Positions 17,437 through 27,655 are shown, numbered from the stretch's first letter. The stretch: DNA of 64,000 bases from Candidatus Sungiibacteriota bacterium (GCA_016432465.1 CP066690.1:850724-914723), one strand, 5' to 3'. Translations and numbers: made by a program. The notes: generated by a model from the sequence alone, not told the origin.

Positions 17437-19266
17437 ATGCCTACACGTGAGTCGCATCCTATCCCAGATGCAGAGCTTGGCAAACATGTGCCTAAAGCCG
17501 AAGGGCTCATGGAGGAGCTCAAGAAGGTCAAACAGAAAGATCTTTTGGTTCTTCTTCAGGAACTATCACCGGAAGAGAAGTATCGGCCCCTTCCTGCGGA
17601 ACTTGATCTTCTTTATGTGATTCGACATGGTCTCTGCCTTTATTTCTATTTCTACGATCTTCTGACAGATCGAACCGGTCTTCAGCAGGAACTCGAAAAA
17701 CTTAGTAAACTAGGACTTGCGGTTACCACTTCTACCCAGCAGAAACGTGAATTTATTAGTGCCTACGGATTATTTGTTATGGCGAGCGCGATTGTCATGA
17801 AATGTGAGAGGATGCTTCGTGGTAAAGATCCGGCCAAACTGGCACACCTCGAAATAGGAGGAATGGAACTTGTACTGGGAAAAGGCCCCACTCGTGATTT
17901 GATCTTTACCCTCGTACACTATGTTGATGCCTTAGGAAAGAGAGATGCTGATGGGCAAGGTTTGGTGCAGAATGTTGATGATGCGATTGCTATTACCCGT
18001 GATTACTGGAAAGCGGTAATAAATAAGGTGCAGGCCATCGCTAAAAATTTTCCTGCAGAACTCTTAGCCTTGGTGGGCAATACTACTTTTCACCACGGTA
18101 CTATGGCCGTAACTGGTTTTCAGGTCGAGGACCGCAAAGAAGTAAAAGTTGTGACATGGGCTCCGGTTGAACCTCAAGAGGTTATTGGGGATCAGGACGT
18201 TACCCGGATTTTTCTCCGGCTCGGTGACAGATTAGCGATGTACGATTCCGTACTGCAAAAAAATCCGTTTGTGCATTTTGGGGGGTTGCTGGAATCAGTG
18301 CTTCTGGATGGTCGTCCCGGTACTGGGAAGACAACGCGCATACGTCTGCTTATGACGCATGTAGCAAGACGTGCGGAGCCGGTCGGACTTCCTTATGTCT
18401 TTAAATCAATTACAGGGGATCAGGTTAAGAGTAAATGGTATGGAGACACCGCGCAGCTTATTAAGGAACTTTTGAGCGTAGCGCAGGATCCTTCAACCCT
18501 TTCGCTTATCTTTGTGGATGACATTGATCTTTTGATCACGGGCGATCGCAGTGATCCCGGGACCAGCGGCGGCGACATGGATATTTTGAAAGCTCTCATG
18601 GACTTTTTTTCCGGAACAGGGACAAACTACACCGGCCATTACCTTGCCATCGCAGCGACCAACAAACCCACGGCATCGGATGATGCCTTGCGTCAGAGAT
18701 TTGTTTATCCTGCCCTTATCAAGGGGCCAGAGACCTGGGAAGACTATATGGATCTGGCGGCTCTTGAGCTGCGCGATTTTGCTAAAACCGGTCTGTTGCA
18801 GATTGGTCAAGGCAAAGTTCAGCCGCTCCAGCGTGTCCTTCCTCGTAGTCTTGCCGAAACTTATGGAGAGGAACTTCGTAAGAAATATGCCAATAAAAAA
18901 GGTGCAACTTGGGAAGATGTGGGTAGGCTCTGCGCGGAATTCCACAAGAAAGATCCTACGTTTACCGGCCGGCCGGTAAAGAACGCCCTGCAAGTTGCAA
19001 AAGCCAAGGCAGCAGATTTCGACGTACCGGAGGAGTGGTTCATTAACCCCGGAGTATTTCGCGCCAAACCCTGGGAAGAACGTCTGCAAATGGTTAAGGA
19101 ACTTTTTAAGGCCATGACAGCCGAGATGGTCATGATGGCCTTGGAGCATCAGTTTGAGGTTGAGGCGCGTTACCAACGTGAGGCCCATGAGAGACGGGTG
19201 GAAGATCTCATGGAGGAGTTGAGAGTAAGGGATGAGGCCCTCCGGAAGATTAGCGGTAAGAGTTAA
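17437..19266 (+). CDS. Classic-clade AAA+ ATPase (Vps4/katanin/p97-like motor) with a ~280-aa N-terminal domain and ~150-aa C-terminal extension of unknown function
   Basis: Walker A GRPGTGKTT. SKWYGDTAQLIKELL matches the SKWxGESEKLV signature of meiotic/p97 AAA. Walker B LIFVDDID. Second region of homology ATNKPTASDDALRQRF. Confidence 0.7.
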   Translation: MPTRESHPIPDAELGKHVPKAEGLMEELKKVKQKDLLVLLQELSPEEKYRPLPAELDLLYVIRHGLCLYFYFYDLLTDRTGLQQELEKLSKLGLAVTTSTQQKREFISAYGLFVMASAIVMKCERMLRGKDPAKLAHLEIGGMELVLGKGPTRDLIFTLVHYVDALGKRDADGQGLVQNVDDAIAITRDYWKAVINKVQAIAKNFPAELLALVGNTTFHHGTMAVTGFQVEDRKEVKVVTWAPVEPQEVIGDQDVTRIFLRLGDRLAMYDSVLQKNPFVHFGGLLESVLLDGRPGTGKTTRIRLLMTHVARRAEPVGLPYVFKSITGDQVKSKWYGDTAQLIKELLSVAQDPSTLSLIFVDDIDLLITGDRSDPGTSGGDMDILKALMDFFSGTGTNYTGHYLAIAATNKPTASDDALRQRFVYPALIKGPETWEDYMDLAALELRDFAKTGLLQIGQGKVQPLQRVLPRSLAETYGEELRKKYANKKGATWEDVGRLCAEFHKKDPTFTGRPVKNALQVAKAKAADFDVPEEWFINPGVFRAKPWEERLQMVKELFKAMTAEMVMMALEHQFEVEARYQREAHERRVEDLMEELRVRDEALRKISGKS

Positions 19267-19329
19267 AATTTTTAGGCGCCTGTAAGATACAGGCGTTTTA
19301 AGTTGTTTTTTAACCCAAATGAACGTATA

Positions 19330-19560
19330 ATTCAGATGAAGCTCCGTGGACTTAGCCTACTCCGCGCGCCGTCGCCAAAGCTATGGCGGCGTGCGACCGT
19401 AGTCTCGCTAGAAGCGGGACGAAGGCCGGGCGCCCGCGGTATCTTCGGCGGAATCCGCCAAAGCATATCGCAAGGTAGACTCTTCGATAAGCTCAGGGTA
19501 TCCGTCTCGCATTCATCCGCTGGTTTACGCCCGCGGTTTTCTGCGAAGGCGGATAAAATC
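19330..19560. repeat. GC-rich structured repeat R2
   Basis: Contains an inverted copy of the R1 core (48/49 nt) and the 3' motif ggttttctgcgaaggcggataaaatc. Confidence 0.6.
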
Positions 19561-19576
19561 TCTTTGGGATTGAAAC

Positions 19577-20281
19577 ATGTCGGCCATCATTATTACCCCA
19601 ACCTATAACGAAAAAGGCAATCTTAAAATTCTTCTTGAGAAGATTTTTAGTTTACAATTACCAGATCTCCAGGTAATGGTGGTGGATGATAACTCTCCCG
19701 ATGGAACCGGTGAGTTGGCGGAAGAATTGGCGCAGCACTACCACCTATGGGTGCTGCATCGTGTTCGCAGAGAAGGACTGGGCCGGGCCTATATCCATGC
19801 TTTTCAGGAAGTTTTAAGGGCGGGGAAGGCACCAGATTATGTTATTCAGATGGACGCCGACATGTCGCATGATCCGCTTGTGATTCCCTGTTTTTTAGAA
19901 AAAATAAAAACATGCGATCTCGTGCTTGGATCACGGTATGTAAAGGGGGGAGAAATTATAAATTGGGGGATTCCCCGAAGAGTTATAAGTTTTTTGGGAA
20001 ATCTTTTTGCGCGTCTGGTCTTGGGCCTGCCCCATCGTGATCTCACCGGAGGATTTAAATGCTGGCGAATAGGGTTGCTTAAAGCTATTGATTTAAATTC
20101 TTTAAGTTCCAACGGATATAATTTCCAGATTGAAACTACTTATAGAGCCCATCAAAAGGGCTTTAAAATCTGCGAGAGCCCCATTGCTTTTACGGAGCGA
20201 AAAACCGGAGTTTCTAAATTTAATCTTGGTATTATTTTAGAAAGTTTTTATAAGATACTTCTCCTTAAACTACGTGGCTAA
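19577..20281 (+). CDS. GT2 polyprenol-phosphate glycosyltransferase (DPM1/ArnC-like)
   Basis: IITPTYNEKGNL ... VMVVDDNSPDGT ... DADMSHDP are typical of the dolichyl-phosphate mannose synthase family. Confidence 0.75.
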   Translation: MSAIIITPTYNEKGNLKILLEKIFSLQLPDLQVMVVDDNSPDGTGELAEELAQHYHLWVLHRVRREGLGRAYIHAFQEVLRAGKAPDYVIQMDADMSHDPLVIPCFLEKIKTCDLVLGSRYVKGGEIINWGIPRRVISFLGNLFARLVLGLPHRDLTGGFKCWRIGLLKAIDLNSLSSNGYNFQIETTYRAHQKGFKICESPIAFTERKTGVSKFNLGIILESFYKILLLKLRG

Positions 20282-21962
20282 AACCTTACGTTATACTTTA
20301 GTTGCTATTTTAATTATTGCCGCTCTGCTTCGTTTTTGGGGCATATCCGGGGGTGATGTTACCAACGATGAAGTATTTTATGCTTTTCGGGCGATCGGGC
20401 TAATGGATTTTGATCACGCTGAATTTCAGACCACGCCTTGGGAGTGGTTTGACCCCGGTATTCCGGGCTGGGCCAAAATTTCTTTTCATGACCACCCCCC
20501 GCTTGTATTTCTTGTGCAGCACGTTTTTATAAAGTTACTGGGGGAAAATCCCATTGCTTTTCGTCTCCCTTCTGCGCTTCTCGGCGTAGCGTCAGTTTAT
20601 CTATTATATCTTTTAGGTACGCTACTTTTTTCACGTAGTGCGGGTTTGGTTGGGGCAGCGATTCTCGCCGTTACCGTAAATAACGTGGCTCTGTCGCGTA
20701 TGGGACTGCAGGAACCATATGTGATTTTCTTCATGCTGCTTACCCTTTATTTTTTCCTGAAAGGTTTAAGACAAGACCGCTACTTTCTTTGGAGCGGTAT
20801 TTTCTTGGGACTAGGCCTTCTTACAAAATACAACACTTTTATTCTGGCCCCGATTTTATTTTCTTATTTATTATTTTTCCGACGGGACCTGATTTTTAAC
20901 AAATACTTATGGTTAGGGGGGCTCGCCGCCTTTATATTTTTTAGTCCGGTGATTTTTTACAATTTTAAAATGTATCAAGCCACCGGACATTTTGATTTTC
21001 AATTTTCTTATATTTTGGATCAGGATGTTCCGGAATGGCATGATGCTCCGGGCAAAAAGATTGGAACTCTCGCAGAGAGGGTAAAAGATTTTCTGCCGTT
21101 TATTTTTTACACAAATTCCTGGAGCACTCTTTTGCTTTTTGGCGCCTCATTCCCTGCTTTTTTGGGGGCGCTTTTGAAGAAATCCAAAGAAACATGGCAG
21201 AAATTTGCCGTGCCTCTTTTGTTCCTTTTTTGGTTGATAGTACTTATAGTGGGCTTTATTGGTCTTTCCTTTCGCTTTGTCAGCATGCTGACGCCCTTTA
21301 TGGCTCTTTTTTTAGCCGTGCCGCTTTCCCGGATAATAAAAGGGATAAGGGAGCGATTTAGAGTTTCTGTGACGGCGGTGGCCGGGGCGGTCGTTCTTTT
21401 ACTTCTGTTTCTTTTTGAAATTTTTTATTCAGTCAACAGCCAGTTGATTGAATATCCTCGCGGTCCGCAAAATTTATTGTGGTCATCCATACGGTACGAA
21501 AATTATAATTGGGGCTATGATGATCTGGGTAGGTACTTTAAAAAAGAGTTTGAAGGCCGGATGCCCGCTTTTGTTTTTGATATGCAGTATAAGTTTCTGG
21601 AAGAGCTAAGAGACCGGGTTTTAAAAAAAGAAGCAGCGAGGGATCAGGCGCGCTATCCGGCTGTTATAATTCATTACGGGAATTTAGACGATGGCGCTAA
21701 ACTATGGAATCTAGACCGACTTATGACCTATCACGGCTGGCCGGTGCTAAGTCTGAAAGACTACTTTCTGTTGCAGAAAGAGAAAGGGTCTGACTTTTTT
21801 ATCAAAAGCGGATTTAAGTATTATTATTTTGTGTGGCAGACTAATATTGTTGTTGGAGAGGAATTCCGTTCTTTGGTGGAAGGCGGCACCCCGAATGTAA
21901 TTACCAATAAGCGTGGGGACCGGGCTTTTGTTGTGTACAAGAAAGTCTTAGAAGGAAAATGA
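20274..21962 (+). CDS. GT39/GT83-family (PMT/ArnT-like) membrane glycosyltransferase
   Basis: 562 aa and polytopic. ArnT/PMT-like N-terminal loop region. It overlaps the GT2 gene, which suggests an operon. Confidence 0.7.
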   Translation: MAKTLRYTLVAILIIAALLRFWGISGGDVTNDEVFYAFRAIGLMDFDHAEFQTTPWEWFDPGIPGWAKISFHDHPPLVFLVQHVFIKLLGENPIAFRLPSALLGVASVYLLYLLGTLLFSRSAGLVGAAILAVTVNNVALSRMGLQEPYVIFFMLLTLYFFLKGLRQDRYFLWSGIFLGLGLLTKYNTFILAPILFSYLLFFRRDLIFNKYLWLGGLAAFIFFSPVIFYNFKMYQATGHFDFQFSYILDQDVPEWHDAPGKKIGTLAERVKDFLPFIFYTNSWSTLLLFGASFPAFLGALLKKSKETWQKFAVPLLFLFWLIVLIVGFIGLSFRFVSMLTPFMALFLAVPLSRIIKGIRERFRVSVTAVAGAVVLLLLFLFEIFYSVNSQLIEYPRGPQNLLWSSIRYENYNWGYDDLGRYFKKEFEGRMPAFVFDMQYKFLEELRDRVLKKEAARDQARYPAVIIHYGNLDDGAKLWNLDRLMTYHGWPVLSLKDYFLLQKEKGSDFFIKSGFKYYYFVWQTNIVVGEEFRSLVEGGTPNVITNKRGDRAFVVYKKVLEGK

Positions 21963-21972
21963 CCCCTCGTGG

Positions 21973-22293
21973 TTAGAGGGGCCGGCGTTGACGTTGTTTC
22001 TTTTGACGATTTTGGGCGGGATTTAATATGGCATGAAGCATAGCAGTCATTTGTCCAAAAGTAACTGGATCGTGAACGTAAAGAGCACTGGGATCATACA
22101 GGCGGCTTTTTTCAATCGCTCTGCCTACGTCCATCACACTTCCATCCGGCATAAGTTTCAGCTTTATTGTGAGTTGCTGCGACGGAATCCAAAATGTTAC
22201 TGTATTATTTTTTCGGTCAACTTCTACAGGCTTGATTTTTTCTTTCGGTGGTGGATTATCAATGCCCCACGGAAGAAATGTTTGTTGAACCAT
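21973..22293 (-). CDS. Hypothetical protein
   Basis: ORF only. Confidence 0.3.
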   Translation of the reverse strand: MVQQTFLPWGIDNPPPKEKIKPVEVDRKNNTVTFWIPSQQLTIKLKLMPDGSVMDVGRAIEKSRLYDPSALYVHDPVTFGQMTAMLHAILNPAQNRQKKQRQRRPL

Positions 22294-22406
22294 TAGGGCC
22301 TCCCAGTTTTCTCTATTCTAACATAAGTAGATATAAAAAGCAATAGTCATAATGTAACCAAAAACCACCCCGACTGGTCGGGATGGTTTTTAAGGTTGCT
22401 AATGTG

Positions 22407-22835
22407 CTACATTCCCGTAGGACCCATGGGTCCCATAGGGGGTCGCTGTGGCATTGCCATAGGCATGCCAGCTTCTTTGGCATTTTTCCATGACCAAAGT
22501 GCCCAAAGGCCGATCACCAAATGTAGGAGGTTATCAAGTGTTTCAAGGCCCGCACCAAAAAAGTTTGCTCCTAATACAAATCCCCAGATTCCTACCACCA
22601 CACCCAGAATTCCCACAACCAGAGTAACAATTTTTTGGAATCCTTTTAAGGCAAAGACTACTATCAGTGCCACTATACCCAATACAATGTGCGCCCAGTT
22701 CTCGGCGTTATCAAACCACCAAGTCGAGCCAAAAATACTTGATTCCGCGGTTGGACCGATAATGCCAATTAATCCCAGAACCCCAACCGCTATAAGCACA
22801 ATACCGCCAATCTTAAGAAATGTTGCTGGATTCAT
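22407..22835 (-). CDS. Hypothetical membrane protein (4 TM, Gly-rich helices)
   Basis: Hydrophobicity pattern. Confidence 0.45.
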   Translation of the reverse strand: MNPATFLKIGGIVLIAVGVLGLIGIIGPTAESSIFGSTWWFDNAENWAHIVLGIVALIVVFALKGFQKIVTLVVGILGVVVGIWGFVLGANFFGAGLETLDNLLHLVIGLWALWSWKNAKEAGMPMAMPQRPPMGPMGPTGM

Positions 22836-22935
22836 TTTAGAAAAAGCTTATCTATACGACCTTTTATTGTTCATTTTATCATTTAAATAGAGGTGCTTGA
22901 ACTTCAGTTATCCACAGGGTTACAATAGGATCATC

Positions 22936-23421
22936 ATGAGTAAAACCCCGCTTTTTATTGCTATATTTGTGATATTGATTCTCGGAGGAGTGATCGTTTG
23001 GATTTTTATTTTCCCCCCCGAAGGTTGGAAACCCGCACCCCCACCACAAAATAAAGAGGTTTCCGAGACACCCGCATCTTTGCCTTCCGGCCGCACTACC
23101 CGCATAAGCGAAGAGGATACCGCCAAGTTACCTTTAATTACGTACTCGTCCGATGGTTTTTCCCCAAGAACTATCAGGGTAAAGGAAGGAGATTCAGGAG
23201 TAAATTGTTTGGTGGCTGTTTTAAATAAAGACAGCGCTCCGCTGGCCCTGGGATTAGGGAAGTATGATCCTAAAATTACACCGTCTTATGCCTCTATTCC
23301 GACAGGAGAAAGTATGCTTTTGGATCCCCGTTTTCGCGTCGCCGAAATTATCTTTCATAATCACGCCAAACCCCATCACGAGTTTTCAGTGATTCTTGAA
23401 GGAGAGTGCCAATTAGATTAA
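22936..23421 (+). CDS. Hypothetical membrane-anchored protein
   Basis: N-terminal TM helix MSKTPLFIAIFVILILGGVIVWIFIF. Confidence 0.4.
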   Translation: MSKTPLFIAIFVILILGGVIVWIFIFPPEGWKPAPPPQNKEVSETPASLPSGRTTRISEEDTAKLPLITYSSDGFSPRTIRVKEGDSGVNCLVAVLNKDSAPLALGLGKYDPKITPSYASIPTGESMLLDPRFRVAEIIFHNHAKPHHEFSVILEGECQLD

Positions 23422-24408
23422 AACTTCCCCGGCAATTTCCGGATGTCCTCGTAAAAAGTCTTGTACAACAAGAGATTTTTTACCCTCAAGGGTGAGTTTT
23501 TTTATTTCCAGATTTTGATGGCCGGTCTTAACAAAAAGCTTCTGTCCCGTCTGCCAGACAAAGCCGGGCGTCCCTGCCGGCGCCTCATCCTGGGCTGTTT
23601 CTGCTTCTTCAATTCTTAGGCGCGATATTTTTTCGCGGGAAGGCCAAATAGTCCAAGTCCCGGGCCAAGGATTGAACGCGCGGATCATACGCTCAATTTC
23701 TTCTGCGGGCCGGGACCAGTTAATTCGGCCATCATCTTTTTTCAAAATTTTGGAATAGGTTGCTTGGGAGTCATCCTGCGGCATGGGCGTAATTTCACCC
23801 CGAATCCATTTGGGCACTGTTTCTATAAGGAGCTCCGCGCCTATTTCTGCAAGTTTATTTTGAAGTTCCCGACAGGTTATTTTATAATTTGTAACTTGCC
23901 CGCTCCGCCGAAGCTTGAGCGAAGCGAGTAATTTGTAATTTGCGACAATTGGTCCGTGATCCATTAGTTCATCAATTTTTATAATAGTCACGCCGGTTTC
24001 TTTGTCGCCGTGCAAAATTGTGTATTGTATTGGTGAAGGCCCTCGCCAACGGGGAAGCAAAGAGGGGTGGATATTCAGGGCGCCGTAGCGTGGAATTTCG
24101 AGAATATCTTTTGGAATAATTTTGCCGTAAGCGGCCACAATAAAAAGGTCAGCTTCGGGGAGCTCATTTCTAAAAGTTTCCGCGTTTAGTTTTTCCGGCT
24201 GAAAAACGTGAATTTTATGTTTTTGGGCCAAGACTTTTGCCGGCGGGGGAGTAATAATTTGGCTTCTCCCTATGGGTTCGTCCGGATTGGTAATGACGGC
24301 CGCGACGCTGTAACCATTTTTAATTAGCGCCTCAAGTGAAGGTAACGCAAATTCCGGCGTGCCCCAAAAAACAATTTTAATGTTTTTTGGTTCCATACCG
24401 ATTGGCAT
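23413..24408 (-). CDS. fmt: Methionyl-tRNA formyltransferase
   Basis: IVFWGTPEFALPSLEAL ... LNIHPSLLPRWRGPSPIQ (formyltransferase SLLP motif). Confidence 0.9.
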   Translation of the reverse strand: MPIGMEPKNIKIVFWGTPEFALPSLEALIKNGYSVAAVITNPDEPIGRSQIITPPPAKVLAQKHKIHVFQPEKLNAETFRNELPEADLFIVAAYGKIIPKDILEIPRYGALNIHPSLLPRWRGPSPIQYTILHGDKETGVTIIKIDELMDHGPIVANYKLLASLKLRRSGQVTNYKITCRELQNKLAEIGAELLIETVPKWIRGEITPMPQDDSQATYSKILKKDDGRINWSRPAEEIERMIRAFNPWPGTWTIWPSREKISRLRIEEAETAQDEAPAGTPGFVWQTGQKLFVKTGHQNLEIKKLTLEGKKSLVVQDFLRGHPEIAGEVLI

Positions 24409-24967
24409 CTGTTATGTTTTCTGCTTTATCAATAAAAAGAATTCCCTCAAGATGATCCAGTTCGTGCTGCATAACCCGCGCGAAAAATCTGGAGGCGCCG
24501 CGGGTAATTTTTTTTCCTTGCTCATCGTAGGCCTCAACCGTGATTTTTTCGTGCCTCTGGACAGCTCCATATTTTCCGGGCACAGAAAGACAGCCTTCGG
24601 GACCTTCAATTTTAGTTGAAGAGGCTTTTTTAACTGCAGGATTTATAAAAACATAATATTTCCAGTCGCGTTTTTCATATGGCGGCTCACTTTTTTGGGA
24701 GACACTGTCGGCTTTGCTTCTTTGCCAGCCCTTTTTTTCCGCCTTATCAATTTCTTCGGCCTCCCCGGATACAATAAAAATCCGCAACGATTCTCCGACT
24801 TGCGGCGCAGCCAGTCCCACTCCATCAGGAGTATTTTTGAGCGCCTCTTTCATTTGGGAGATTAGACGTTGGACGCGGGAAGTGGGAATGCCGCCAACAG
24901 GTATTTCTGTGGCTTTTCTTCGTAGGACCCTACTCGGTTCTTTTACGATGGGAGTTGTTTTTTCCAC
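24377..24967 (-). CDS. def: Peptide deformylase (GTG start)
   Basis: The three Def motifs: GVGLAAPQVG, EGCLSVPG and HELDHLEG. Confidence 0.9.
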   Translation of the reverse strand: MEKTTPIVKEPSRVLRRKATEIPVGGIPTSRVQRLISQMKEALKNTPDGVGLAAPQVGESLRIFIVSGEAEEIDKAEKKGWQRSKADSVSQKSEPPYEKRDWKYYVFINPAVKKASSTKIEGPEGCLSVPGKYGAVQRHEKITVEAYDEQGKKITRGASRFFARVMQHELDHLEGILFIDKAENITDANRYGTKKH

Positions 24968-25358
24968 GTTTTCTTTTATCCCCCCACCTTCCCAGAATAT
25001 ACCGTAGCTTGCTGCGGGGATGAATGGGTGCCGTAGAAATTCTTCCCGCGGGGTCCAATACCCCGCTGGGAAGGTGGGGGGATTTATTTCCCTTTTTTCT
25101 TCTAAGGTTTTTGAATTTTACGCCCGGTTTTTTAGCAAGCCCCTTGAGCGCGGCAAAAAAATACTTTCCGCGCGCCTCAATAGGTAAATCTTCTTTTTCC
25201 AGTACCCGCCTAGCTAGAGCTCTAAGATCCGATTCATAGTAAAGTTTAGCAATTCCAAGATAAGCGGCAAAGCGTTTGGGCTCTTTCATCATTCGTGTAA
25301 TATCATCCGCCAAAACATGTTCTCTGGAATGAAGATGTTTATCGGGTTCAAGCTTCAT
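24930..25358 (-). CDS. Hypothetical small protein; the last ~50 codons of the ORF are read from MITE copy 1
   Basis: The native part MKLEPDKHLH...KKGNK (91 aa) runs without a stop into the MITE and overlaps the def 5' end. Confidence 0.3.
   Translation of the reverse strand: MKLEPDKHLHSREHVLADDITRMMKEPKRFAAYLGIAKLYYESDLRALARRVLEKEDLPIEARGKYFFAALKGLAKKPGVKFKNLRRKKGNKSPHLPSGVLDPAGRISTAPIHPRSKLRYILGRWGDKRKRGKNNSHRKRTE
24976..25087. mobile_element. MITE-like element, copy 1 (TIR ATCCCCCCACCTTCCCAG ... CTGGGAAGGTGGGGGGAT)
   Basis: About 112 bp with terminal inverted repeats. It abuts the def GTG start. Confidence 0.8.
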
Positions 25359-25425
25359 ACCTCCTCAATTTTAGCAAAAAGTAATCAGTTGAGCAATTTT
25401 ATATTTTTATGCTATTATACAAAAA

Positions 25426-26093
25426 TGAAGCGGCGTGTTTTTATCGCGATTCCCGTTCCGGAGAATATGAAAAAGAAAGCGGGTGAATGGCAGAAAAAGC
25501 ATGCGGACTTAAAAGTGCGCTGGATAAAACCGGAAAATCTGCATATTACCGTAATTCCGCCCTGGTACGTTGATGAAAACCAACTTTATGAGGTTGCGAG
25601 ATTGTTGCCTTTTACGCTTAAGGGACTGGAATCGTTTCCCATCTTATTTTCTAAAGTGTTATTAGGCCCCCCAGGACAACAGAGCAGGCTCCTCTGGGCT
25701 GAAGGTATAACACCGAAAAAGTTTATCCCCCCACCTTCCCAGAATACCCCGCAGCTTGCTGCAGGGATGAATGGGCGCCGTAGAAATCCTTCCCGCGGGG
25801 TCCAATACCCCGCTGGGAAGGTGGGGGGATTTATAGAGTTGAAAGAGGGGTTTGAAGAAGCCCTGCTTGCAAACCCCAAAACAGGTTTTTACAAAAAAGA
25901 AAGTCGCCCGGCAAAACTGCATCTTACGATAGCGCGTTTCCGGCCGGGGTCCATAAAAAAATTACCCCAACCGACTGGGGTAGTGAACTGGAATTTTAAA
26001 GTAGGAGAAGTAAATCTTATGGAATCCCGCCTACAAAAGGGTGGGGCAGAATATGCGGTTCTGGAATCTGTTAAGTTTGGCCCCGACTTTTAA
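25426..26093 (+). CDS. 2H phosphoesterase (LigT/ThpR-like 2'-5' RNA ligase family) with an in-frame MITE insertion between the two HxT motifs
   Basis: HITVIPP and HLTIARF (two HxT/S motifs). A 35-codon segment PPPSQNTPQLAAGMNGRRRNPSRGVQYPAGKVGGFIE is encoded by MITE copy 2. Confidence 0.6.
25723..25834. mobile_element. MITE-like element, copy 2 (inside the LigT-like gene)
   Basis: About 95% identical to copy 1. Confidence 0.8.
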
Positions 26094-26248
26094 GCGCAAT
26101 TTTATGGAGTTGAGCAAGATATGACCCCTTTATATGTTTATCGGTTTTTAATGCTTTTTTACAGATTTCACATTCTTCCATTTCCGGTATTTCTGGAAAA
26201 GGGGATTTGTAAGTCTCGGGCATAAGAATTTCCTCCCTAAAACGATCT

Positions 26249-27571
26249 ATGCATAGAATAACGGAAAAAAATCAAACTGTCCACTTCATTGGTATAGGCG
26301 GCATAGGAATCAGCGCCCTGGCCAAGTATTATTTTTCGCGAGGCAGCGTAATAAGCGGGTCTGATTTGATATCTTCCGAAATTACCGCCGAGCTTTTAAA
26401 GATGGGTGGAGACATAAAAATCGGTCCGCATAAAAAAGACAACCTTCCGAAAGACGCTTCCGCCGTTATTTATACTTCTGCCACACCCCTAAGTAATCCC
26501 GAATTAAACGAGGCTAAGCTTCGTAGGCTGAAGCCAAAAAATTACGCCCAAGCGCTGGGTAAACTTACCAAACAGTACCAGACCATTACTATTTCCGGCG
26601 CGCATGGAAAAAGCACTACCACGGCTTTGGCCGCATTGGTTCTTGAAGAGGGCTATTTGGATCCGACTGTTATTGTCGGCACCAAGGTAAAGGAATTTGG
26701 CAATTCCAATTTTCGCCGCGGCTTTGGAAAACATTTGATAATTGAAGCTGACGAGTGGAATAGATCTTTCCTTAATTATGCACCAGTGATTGCCGTAGTT
26801 ACTAATATAGATACCGAGCATCTGGATACTTATAGAACTTTTGCCGGAGTTAAGAAGACCTTTCAGAAATATCTGGAAAAGGTTCCTAAAGATGGCGCAA
26901 TTATAGCTAACTATGATGATCCTGAATTAAAATCTCTTGTCAAAAAAATCGGGAAAAAAGTTATTGGTTATTCGCTTCAAGATAAAGAAGCTTCGTCTGT
27001 AAGAAACGTACTGCGCATTCCCGGAGAGCATAATGTTTCCAATGCCTTGGCCGCGCTTAGGCTGGGACGGTTGCTGGGTGTCTGTGAGGCAGACATTTTG
27101 CGAGCCATATCGCGTTTCAGCGGCACGTGGCGAAGATTTGAGTTAAAAGGCATGCTCAACGGCGCCTATGTTTTTTCCGATTACGGCCACCATCCGCGGG
27201 AGATTACAGCAACTATTGCGGCAACGCGCGAGCGTTTCCCGTTTAGGCGCATCTGGTGCGTATATCAACCGCACCAGTACCAGCGCCTGATGTATTTGTG
27301 GAATGATTTTGTAGGCGCGTTTGATCGCGCTGACAAAGTTTGCCTTTTACCAGTATATGATGTGGTAGGACGCGAGACCAAAACCGCGCGCGCAAAAGTA
27401 AATTCCCTAAAACTAACTCATGAGTTGGTACGGCGCGGCAAAACCGCATTTCACCTAGACACGTTTGACGAAGCCAAAAATTTTATCCAGTCCGAGGCAC
27501 ACGCGGGAGACGTAATAATTGTTATGGGGGCTGGGGATATATATAATCTTAGCAACAAATTAGTATTATAA
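26249..27571 (+). CDS. murC: UDP-N-acetylmuramate--L-alanine ligase
   Basis: HFIGIGGIGISALAKYY and GAHGKSTTTALAALVL are Mur ligase motifs. The domain order is MurC-type. Confidence 0.9.
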   Translation: MHRITEKNQTVHFIGIGGIGISALAKYYFSRGSVISGSDLISSEITAELLKMGGDIKIGPHKKDNLPKDASAVIYTSATPLSNPELNEAKLRRLKPKNYAQALGKLTKQYQTITISGAHGKSTTTALAALVLEEGYLDPTVIVGTKVKEFGNSNFRRGFGKHLIIEADEWNRSFLNYAPVIAVVTNIDTEHLDTYRTFAGVKKTFQKYLEKVPKDGAIIANYDDPELKSLVKKIGKKVIGYSLQDKEASSVRNVLRIPGEHNVSNALAALRLGRLLGVCEADILRAISRFSGTWRRFELKGMLNGAYVFSDYGHHPREITATIAATRERFPFRRIWCVYQPHQYQRLMYLWNDFVGAFDRADKVCLLPVYDVVGRETKTARAKVNSLKLTHELVRRGKTAFHLDTFDEAKNFIQSEAHAGDVIIVMGAGDIYNLSNKLVL

Positions 27572-27655
27572 AAGTTATCCACAGAATTAATGGCCATTTG
27601 ACAGTTTAGGGATAATCATGTTATGATTTATATGGGTTGCCTGGGGGAAAAAAGA

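Noticed and set aside
18493-19188. 231-aa minus-strand ORF antisense to the AAA+ ATPase gene
   Set aside because: It lies antisense within a gene with clear Walker A/B and SRH motifs, with no RBS or homology signal.
25586-25922. Track ORFs 25586-25879(-), 25662-25922(-), 32114-32410(+), 25024-25239(+) and 49509-49739(+) with PSQNT.../SPHLPSGVLDPAGRIST... peptides
   Set aside because: They are translations of the MITE-like repeat in different frames. The same peptides recur wherever the element sits, so they are not genes.
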